64,000 nt of DNA from an uncultured Acidobacteriota bacterium (GTDB lineage Bacteria > Acidobacteriota > UBA6911). The translations under genes were made by a program, and so were the position numbers. How positions within the stretch are numbered: position 1 is the stretch's first letter; every line of letters starts with the position of its first letter. The notes beneath the pieces were generated by a model. The model was not told where the DNA came from, made no database searches, and saw only the letters and a program-made list of their open reading frames with translations. This document shows positions 52,201-58,462 of the stretch, in pieces. The stretch lies in NCBI GenBank assembly GCA_963843575.1, contig CAWJKZ010000018.1, positions 64,001-128,000 of the forward strand, read 5' to 3'.

Positions 52201-52580
52201 GCGTCAACTGTCACGTCGGGGGGAGATACCAGGGAACCCCGACCGATTGCTACTCGTGCCACCAACTCGAATACCGGAGTGTCACCGACCCGAACCACGC
52301 GGCGGCCGGTTTCCCGACCAACTGCACCCTCTGCCACACCACGGCCACCTGGAGCGGTGCGAAGTTCAACCACACCTTTCCGATCTATTCGGGGTCCCAC
52401 GCGGGCAAGTGGAACACCTGCGGCGAGTGCCATCCGAACTCGAGCAACTACTCCGTCTTCTCGTGTACCAATTGCCACGAGCACGAAAAGACGAAAATGG
52501 ACCAGGAACACCGGGATGTACGGAACTATGTTTACAACAGCGCCAACTGCTACTCGTGCCATCCGAACGGGCGGCATTAG
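49284..52580 (+). CDS. Giant exported multiheme cytochrome c, 43 CxxCH motifs (1098 aa)
   Basis: Start reassigned to ATG 49284 (ATGA overlap, followed by a signal peptide); 43 CxxCH counted by hand, arranged in tri-heme modules of about 74 aa. Confidence 0.95.
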   Translation: MIHRVQTQSRCLPPCTVPVLLGVLGVLLSLAATAPVAASQEQARGRTRNPHGPLHIACENCHTSTSWSPIRPSPDFSHRETRFPLRGLHTNVACRLCHVRLEFSDVGTRCADCHADIHRRQFGGDCGQCHTVRGWKVTSQAIKGHQNRFPLLGAHASTECQSCHKNAAAGQFLGLSTECSSCHLKDYQAARNPDHKAANLPATCASCHRFDSWTGVAFDHARFTGFALSGAHTRLSCAECHTGGRYTGTPANCFSCHAREYTSTGDPSHTAAGFPTDCSKCHTTLSWAGASFDHNTTRFALTGAHSKIASCTACHVSGRFAGTPSDCYSCHIRDYERTSNPNHGKSSFSTSCATCHTTAGWAGAKFDHSLARFALTGAHLQAPCASCHKNGQYTGTPADCASCHLADFNGTKDPNHAAAGFPQTCETCHTTTQWKGAKFDHNTGTKFPLTGAHARVDCASCHKNGQYKGTSTDCVGCHLADFNGTKDPNHTAAGFPQTCETCHTTTQWKGAKFDHNTGTKFPLTGAHARVDCASCHKNGQYRGTSTDCVGCHLADFNGTKDPNHTAAGFPQTCETCHTTTQWKGAKFDHSTGTKFPLTGAHARVDCASCHKNGQYRGTSTDCVGCHLADFNGTKDPNHTAAGFPQTCETCHTTTQWKGAKFDHSTGTKFPLTGAHARVDCASCHKNGQYRGLPASCVSCHRAAYDSTTNPNHSAAGFPQDCAACHGTSQWSGARFDHNAATKFPLTGAHVAVSCKECHAGDRFAGTPADCYSCHSAAYTGTKNPPHVSSGFPRDCTLCHSTSGWQGAVFDHSRTRFTLTGAHTTAQCVQCHVNNVFAGTPTQCVACHLSEYGKTTNPNHAAAGFPQDCSLCHATTGWQGAKFDHTATKFPLTGAHVAASCAACHSGGVYAGLNTSCVSCHLTNFNNTRNPDHKAGGFPQQCEICHGTAAWTPASFDHARTGFPLTGAHTSVQCVNCHVGGRYQGTPTDCYSCHQLEYRSVTDPNHAAAGFPTNCTLCHTTATWSGAKFNHTFPIYSGSHAGKWNTCGECHPNSSNYSVFSCTNCHEHEKTKMDQEHRDVRNYVYNSANCYSCHPNGRH
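50433..51352 (+). repeat. Intragenic 222-bp tandem repeat, about 4 near-identical copies (74 aa and 3 hemes each)
   Basis: acggcacgaaaga recurs at 50509, 50731, 50953 and 51175 (spacing 222). Confidence 0.95.
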
Positions 52581-54231
52581 CGTCGCGGGCCTCTGGTGGC
52601 TGGCCTGGCTTGTGTGTTGCGGCAACGCGGTCGCGCAGACGGGCGACCCGGGGGTGAGGGACCGCTTCCGCGTCAAATACGTCGCCGAGGGGGCCGTCTA
52701 TCTCGAAGGCGGACGCTCCGCCGGGTTGGCCGAAGGCCAGCGCCTGACGCTGCGGCGCGGCGAAAACAGCGGCGCCGAGGCCGTCGCCGAACTGCGGGTT
52801 TTTTCCGTGGCATCGGCGTCGGCCGTGTGCGAGGTGGTGTCGTCGGACGGGCCGGTCGAGCCGGGCGATGTCGCCTACCTGTCCACCGAGGACGTGCAAC
52901 GCCTGCGGTTGCTCAAGGATAGCCGGGAATCCAGGAAGTACCCGCAGGTAATCTCGTTCACGGAAGGAGATCCGCTCGACGAGGAGGCCAGGGAAAGCGT
53001 GCCGCGCCCTCCACTGCCGGAGATCAACCGCGCGCGCGGGAGGTTCGGGTTCGAATACAGCTCCATCCGGGACCGCGAGGCACAAGGCACCGGTTCGAGC
53101 CAGCTCGGCGGCGTGGTGCGCGCCGACATGACGCGCGTGGGCGGTACCCACTGGAACTTCAGCGGCTATTACCGCGGCCGCTTCACCTCGCGCAGCCGTG
53201 CGCAGCAGGAGACCCTGACCGATCTGATCAACCGCACCTACCATCTCAGCCTTTCCTACAACAACCCCGGCTCGAATTGGGTGGCCGGTTTCGGGCGCCT
53301 GTATCTCCCGTGGGCGAGCAGCCTCAACACGATCGACGGCGGCTATGTCGGACGCCGTCGCGGCAAACACACCGTCTTCGGCCTGTTCGGCGGATCCACC
53401 CCCGACCCCACCACCTGGAACTACACTCCCGGCCGCCAGATCGCCGGCAGCTTCGTCAACTTCGAAGCCGGCCACTTCGAGTCTTTCCGTTACACGAGCA
53501 CGTCGGGCGTCGCGCTCGCCAGGGTCCACTGGCACCCCGACCGCCAATTCGGTTTTTTCGAAAACGGGTTCTTCTACAAGGGTCTCTTTTCGCTCTATCA
53601 CAACCTGGAAGCTGACCTGCTGCGCGGTGCGCCCGAGGCGCCGGCCAGCGGGCTGGTGGCCAGCCGGAGCTACCTTACGATTCGGGTGCAGCCCAACCGG
53701 TTTGTGGTCTTCGACCTGAATCACAACTACTTCCGGAACATCCCCACCTTCGACGAGCGGCTGGTCGGGACCGGTCTGCTGGACAAGCTCCTGTTCCAGG
53801 GCGTGAGCGGCGGCGTCCGGTTGGAGCTCCCGTATTCCATCAGCCCGTACTTCAGCCTCGGCCGCAGCGACCGGACGGGGGACGCCCGGACGGCCTGGAA
53901 CCGGATGTTCGGTGTCGTAGTGCGCCGCGTCTGGAAGACGGGTTTGCGCGCCGATGCGAGATATTCCAGCTTCGACAGCTCCTTCGGCCGTGGCACGTAC
54001 CGCTCGCTGTCGTTGTCGCGGGAGTTGGGCGAGCGGTTCCGCTTCGACGTGCAGGCCGGCGATCAGGATCTGGTGTCGGCGATGACCCGGGACAACCGCG
54101 CCCGTTGGCTCAACGCGGACGCCGATTGGTTCCTCGGCCCGCACTATTTCCTCGGGGCGGGCGTTACGTTTTATCGCGGGCGGGCGCAGAGTTACGACCA
54201 GTGGTTCCTGAACCTGGGCTACCGGTTTTGA
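52528..54231 (+). CDS. Outer-membrane beta-barrel protein with a small N-terminal beta domain (FlgT C-terminal-like)
   Basis: Signal-like GLWWLAWLVCCGNAVA-Q, many alternating aromatic/Gly/Arg strands, C-terminal beta-signal WFLNLGYRF. Start inferred; overlaps the cytochrome 3' end by 53 nt. Confidence 0.8.
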   Translation: MFTTAPTATRAIRTGGISVAGLWWLAWLVCCGNAVAQTGDPGVRDRFRVKYVAEGAVYLEGGRSAGLAEGQRLTLRRGENSGAEAVAELRVFSVASASAVCEVVSSDGPVEPGDVAYLSTEDVQRLRLLKDSRESRKYPQVISFTEGDPLDEEARESVPRPPLPEINRARGRFGFEYSSIRDREAQGTGSSQLGGVVRADMTRVGGTHWNFSGYYRGRFTSRSRAQQETLTDLINRTYHLSLSYNNPGSNWVAGFGRLYLPWASSLNTIDGGYVGRRRGKHTVFGLFGGSTPDPTTWNYTPGRQIAGSFVNFEAGHFESFRYTSTSGVALARVHWHPDRQFGFFENGFFYKGLFSLYHNLEADLLRGAPEAPASGLVASRSYLTIRVQPNRFVVFDLNHNYFRNIPTFDERLVGTGLLDKLLFQGVSGGVRLELPYSISPYFSLGRSDRTGDARTAWNRMFGVVVRRVWKTGLRADARYSSFDSSFGRGTYRSLSLSRELGERFRFDVQAGDQDLVSAMTRDNRARWLNADADWFLGPHYFLGAGVTFYRGRAQSYDQWFLNLGYRF

Positions 54232-54239
54232 CTGCGGAA

Positions 54240-54335
54240 AGCCGGACGCGGTATTTCGCCAGGCCGATCCGTGTGGATCCGCGCAAATCCGCGTCCTGAA
54301 AAATAGGTCAGCGTATTTGTGAACATCAGTACTAA
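54240..54335. repeat. Partial CGGAT hairpin / MITE copy with a 48-bp terminus, inside the cytochrome operon
   Basis: 54288-54335 tccgcgtcctgaaaaataggtcagcgtatttgtgaacatcagtactaa matches both ends of the 14779-14990 element. Confidence 0.8.
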
Positions 54336-54347
54336 GGCAGGAGACGC

Positions 54348-55145
54348 ATGAGAAGCGGAACTTTCGCGTTGTGGCTGTTCATCCTCGGCACGAGCCCCGT
54401 CGCCGGTGCGAAGAAACCTGCGCCCCCGGTAGGATCGCTCCCGATCGCGGATCTCATAGACAGGGTCGGAGAGAACGTCGAGGCTTTCGGGACGAGGTTT
54501 TCCGAGGTCAGCTGCACCGAATCGGTCGTACAGGCGAAGCTCGACAAGGCGGGGAAGGTGCTCTACCACCAGGAATCGGCTTTCGATTACCTGATCCTGA
54601 TGAATCTCCAGGGCGAGGAGCCGTCGCTCGAAGAATCCCGCGTGGTTCAAAAACAGGCCAAGGCGGCGGCAAACCTGCCACTGCTTCTCACCAGCGGGTT
54701 CCCGACGCTGCAGCTCGTCTTCCACCCCTACTACCAGGCCGGCTTCACCTATGAGCGACTGCCTGACGACCCGGCGGACGGCAAGGTTTTTGTGCGCATC
54801 CGGTTCCGCCACATCAAGGGAGCGCGCTCGACCTCAGCCCTGAGGCTGCGCGGCAGGGACTTCCCGCTCGACCTGGAAGGGACGGCGTGGGTGGATCCCG
54901 ACTCGGCTGCCATCGCGCGCATCACGGCGGGCCTGGAGTTCCCCGCCGAGGACCTGGGGTTGCAGTCCCTCCAGACCGACGTGCGTTACGCGGACACGCG
55001 CTTCCCCGGCATCGAGACCACCTACTCGCTCCCGGTCGTGGCGACCGTGGAGGTGGAAACGCCGCGGCAGCGGTGGCGCAACACGCACCGGTTCTCCGCC
55101 TACCGGCTCTTCTCGGTGCGCTCCGAGAGCACGGTGTCCAAATGA
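54348..55145 (+). CDS. Exported hypothetical beta-rich protein, 265 aa
   Basis: AGGAG RBS, signal peptide, CTESV, GTAWVDP...IARI, HRFSAYRLFSV; ATGA overlap with the next gene. Confidence 0.8.
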   Translation: MRSGTFALWLFILGTSPVAGAKKPAPPVGSLPIADLIDRVGENVEAFGTRFSEVSCTESVVQAKLDKAGKVLYHQESAFDYLILMNLQGEEPSLEESRVVQKQAKAAANLPLLLTSGFPTLQLVFHPYYQAGFTYERLPDDPADGKVFVRIRFRHIKGARSTSALRLRGRDFPLDLEGTAWVDPDSAAIARITAGLEFPAEDLGLQSLQTDVRYADTRFPGIETTYSLPVVATVEVETPRQRWRNTHRFSAYRLFSVRSESTVSK

Positions 55146-56074
55146 GCAAAAGCCTGACGGAACTGGTTGTAGGCTCCGCCGCCGCCGTCGAGCTCCCGCG
55201 CGAGCGGGGGCATCGGGCGGCGATCCTGCTTCTCGCGCTCGCGGCCGCGGCGCTGATGGTCGCGCTGACGCTGTACGGCTTCGACTACTACTGGCTGGAT
55301 CAGGTGAGCCGGCCCCATTCTCCCAAGCACGCCCAGCTGAGGCCCGGAGGCGTCGTCGGGATCAGGCTGGGCATCCTGGGGATAGTGCTTTTATTCTTGA
55401 TCTATCTTTACCCGATCCGGAAACGCTGGGCCTGGCTGGGTAGCAAGGGGAGCACCAAGCACTGGTTCGACTATCACATCCTCCTCGGGCTCGTCGCCCC
55501 GGTGGTCGTCAGCTTCCATGCGTCCTTCAAGGCCCAGGGGCTGGCGGGGTTGGCCTACTGGACGATGGCCGTCCTGACGGCGAGCGGCATCGTGGGGCGG
55601 TACCTCTACGCGCAGATTCCCAGAAGCCGCGCCGCCGCCGAGAGCTCGCTGAAGCAGCTCGAGGCCTCCAGCACCCAGCGCGGCCGGATGGTGGAGGCCT
55701 CGGCCGGGTTTGCCCAGGTGGTGCGGCTGCCGGATATCAGGGAGGTGCAGGCGATGTCGTCGGTGCGGGCGCTCTGGCTGATGCTCGCCTGGGACCTCCA
55801 ACAGCCGCTGCTCCTGTGGAGGGTGAGACGACGCCTCTCCCCTGGACGCGGGCTGCTGACTTTGGGCGGGGTGCTGTCGACAGGCGACGCCGCCCTCGAG
55901 CAGGCTATCCGCGAGACCCGGCGCCAGGTGGTCATGACCAGGAAAATCCTCCTCCTGTCCAAGGCGGAGAAGATCTTTCACCTCTGGCACGTCCTGCACC
56001 GGCCCTTCAGCATATCGCTCGCCATCCTGGTGCTGCTCCACTTGGCCATCGTGTTTCTGTTCGGTTACTACTGA
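55142..56074 (+). CDS. Inner-membrane protein, ferric-reductase / cytochrome-b-like with two His-x13-His helices
   Basis: Start at ATG 55142; about 5 TM helices; YH-ILLGLVAPVVVSF-H and LH-RPFSISLAILVLL-H; SGIVGRYLY motif. Confidence 0.75.
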   Translation: MSKSLTELVVGSAAAVELPRERGHRAAILLLALAAAALMVALTLYGFDYYWLDQVSRPHSPKHAQLRPGGVVGIRLGILGIVLLFLIYLYPIRKRWAWLGSKGSTKHWFDYHILLGLVAPVVVSFHASFKAQGLAGLAYWTMAVLTASGIVGRYLYAQIPRSRAAAESSLKQLEASSTQRGRMVEASAGFAQVVRLPDIREVQAMSSVRALWLMLAWDLQQPLLLWRVRRRLSPGRGLLTLGGVLSTGDAALEQAIRETRRQVVMTRKILLLSKAEKIFHLWHVLHRPFSISLAILVLLHLAIVFLFGYY

Positions 56075-56102
56075 CATCCGAGAGGCGAAGGCGTCCCTGG
56101 CA

Positions 56103-57485
56103 ATGATCGACGAACTCTTCATATACGCCATCCTGGCCCTTGTCCTCGTTGTTCCCGCGGTCGTCTATTTCAGCCGCATGCGGAGGCGCGAGGCCCGGGC
56201 GCTAGCCGCCCTCGAAAAGGGGAAGCTCTTCTCGGAGCGCCCGCCCGTACAACACCCCAGCATCGACCTTGCGCGCTGCATCGGTTGCGGCACCTGCGTC
56301 AGCGCCTGCCCCGAGGGGGACGTGCTGGCGATCGTGGCCGGACGGGCAGCCATCGTCAACGGCCACAAGTGCATCGGCCACGCCCTCTGCGCCGAAGCGT
56401 GCCCCGTGGGCGCCATCACGATGACCATGGGGGATCCCAGCGTCGGCGCCGACATCCCGCACCTCAGCGCGGAATACGAGACCAACATACCCGGCATGTT
56501 CGTCGTCGGCGAACTCGGTGGCCTGGCGCTGATCAGGAATGCGGTCAACCAGGGCCGGGAGTGCATCGACACGATCGTCCGCAGGCTGGCCGCGGACCGC
56601 GCTGCTGCGGGGGAAGACGATCCCTACGACGTCTGCGTCGTGGGCGCCGGGCCGGCGGGCATCAGCGCCTCGCTGCGCGCCATCGAGAAGAAACTGAGCT
56701 ACATCACTCTGGAACAGGACGAGATCGGCGGCACAGTCGCCAAGTACCCGCGCCAGAAACTCGTCATGACCAGCCCCGTGGAGTTCCCGATGTACGGCCG
56801 CTTCCGCAAGCTCGAGATCTCCAAGGAGAACCTGATGGAATTCTGGCAGACGGTCTTCCGGCGCGCGGATTTCAAAGTGCTCACGGGCGAAAAGGTCGAG
56901 CACATCACACGGGAACCGGATGCCACCTTCCGGGTCCGCGGCGTGAAAGGGGAATACCGCGCGCGCACCGTCATCCTGGCGCTCGGCAGGAGGGGAACGC
57001 CGCGCAAGCTGGGCATCCTGGGGGAGGGCTTGCCCAAGGTCATGTACAGCCTCATCGAGGCGGAATCCTACACCGATAAGAAAATCCTCGTGGTCGGGGG
57101 CGGTGACAGTGCCGTGGAGGCCGCCATGGGGCTCGCGCATCAGCCGGGCAACACCGTCACCCTCTCCTACCGCAAGGACGCCTTTGCCCGCATCAAAGAA
57201 CGCAACAGCCGGAAAATCGAGGAGTTTATCCGCGCCGGAAAAATCCGGGTCCTGTTCAACTCCAATCCCGTCGAGATCCGGGAAGGCTCCGTCCTGCTCG
57301 ACGTTCAGGGGACGCCGCTGGAAATGCCCAACGACTTCGTCTGGGTTTTCGCCGGCGGTACCCCGCCCAGGGATTTCCTGCAGAAAGTCGGCGTCGTGCT
57401 CGGCCGCGAAGACTTCACCCGCGAAACGCACGACGAGGCGCAGCGCGCCCGGAGCGAGTCCTCCCAGCCGATCCTGCCGAGCTAA
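56103..57485 (+). CDS. Membrane-anchored ferredoxin fused to a TrxB-fold FAD/NAD(P)H oxidoreductase lacking CxxC
   Basis: N-terminal TM helix; CIGCGTCVSACP and CIGHALCAEACP; VGAGPAG (FAD), LALG, VGGGDSA (NAD(P)H), SYRK. Confidence 0.88.
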   Translation: MIDELFIYAILALVLVVPAVVYFSRMRRREARALAALEKGKLFSERPPVQHPSIDLARCIGCGTCVSACPEGDVLAIVAGRAAIVNGHKCIGHALCAEACPVGAITMTMGDPSVGADIPHLSAEYETNIPGMFVVGELGGLALIRNAVNQGRECIDTIVRRLAADRAAAGEDDPYDVCVVGAGPAGISASLRAIEKKLSYITLEQDEIGGTVAKYPRQKLVMTSPVEFPMYGRFRKLEISKENLMEFWQTVFRRADFKVLTGEKVEHITREPDATFRVRGVKGEYRARTVILALGRRGTPRKLGILGEGLPKVMYSLIEAESYTDKKILVVGGGDSAVEAAMGLAHQPGNTVTLSYRKDAFARIKERNSRKIEEFIRAGKIRVLFNSNPVEIREGSVLLDVQGTPLEMPNDFVWVFAGGTPPRDFLQKVGVVLGREDFTRETHDEAQRARSESSQPILPS

Positions 57486-57670
57486 GCTAATGCATATCCG
57501 CGCAATACAAGCATATTGAACTGCAATTTCGATACTGCTAGGATTGGGCCGTCGGGGCCGGTGGCAGGGTGATCGAGCCTTGGTGCCGAGTGAGGTTATA
57601 GCCGCGAGCCGCCCCGGTTCGTCCCCGCCTGCCGACGCCGCGACGGGCCGGCCACGGACTCTATGATGCC

Positions 57671-58318
57671 ATGACGAAATGCCGCTTGATTCTCGCCGAC
57701 GATCACCTCCTGGTGAGGCAGGGATTGAGGAGGATACTCGCCCAGCGCCCGGACCTGGAGGTGGTGGGGGAAGTGGGGGACGGGCTGGCGTTGCTTGGGG
57801 CGCTGTCGAGGCTGGCTCCGGACCTCGTGCTCCTCGATCTGTCGATGCCCAACCTGCGGGGGATCGAAGCGATTCCGGAGCTCAAGAGAAGCAGGCCGAA
57901 TATGAAAGTGCTGGTGCTCACGATGCACCGGGACCCGGAGTACCTCTATCAAGCTATCGCCGCCGGGGCGGACGGCTATTTGTTGAAGGAGGACGCCGAC
58001 AGCGACCTCTTCTCCGCCATCGATACGGTCGTGGGCAACCGGGTCTACGTCTCCAAGTTCCTCTCGGAGCAGTCGCGCCGCGACTGGGCGGCGCTTCGCC
58101 GGGGCGGCGACCCCGGCACGGGCGCAGATGCGCTGTCGGTGCGTGAGCGCGAGGTGTTGAAGCTGATCGCGGAGGGGAAATCGAGCAGGGAGATCGGCAC
58201 GCTGCTGCACATAAGCGGGCGCACGGTCGAGCGGCACCGAGCCAACATGATGGACAGGCTGAACGTCCGAAGCACGGTCGAGTTGGTGAAGTACGCCGTG
58301 AGCAAGGGGTACGTCTGA
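57671..58318 (+). CDS. NarL/LuxR-family response regulator, close paralog of 43110-43757
   Basis: Both are 215 aa; shared LRGIEAIPE, AGADGYLLKEDA, SRxDWA and REREVLKLIAEGKSS. Confidence 0.95.
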   Translation: MTKCRLILADDHLLVRQGLRRILAQRPDLEVVGEVGDGLALLGALSRLAPDLVLLDLSMPNLRGIEAIPELKRSRPNMKVLVLTMHRDPEYLYQAIAAGADGYLLKEDADSDLFSAIDTVVGNRVYVSKFLSEQSRRDWAALRRGGDPGTGADALSVREREVLKLIAEGKSSREIGTLLHISGRTVERHRANMMDRLNVRSTVELVKYAVSKGYV

Positions 58319-58462
58319 CGTTCGAGCCTTAGGTGGGGCCCCCCCGTTGTGGCGGCGGCCTCGATTTTTTCCCGTCTCCAAGAAAAACAAACGAAACCGG
58401 GATTGGGCCGTAGAATGAGCATGAAGCCCTCGGCTCTTTCTCCATCCAGGTGAGGTGTAAGC

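Noticed and set aside
47353-54231. Naming the genes mtrA/mtrB/mtrC or omcS
   Set aside because: Heme counts (23, 43) and module motifs do not match those decaheme or hexaheme families; the barrel shows no MtrB signature I can recognise.
56103-57485. Thioredoxin reductase trxB
   Set aside because: No redox-active CxxC; it has a TM anchor, a ferredoxin domain and permuted motif order.
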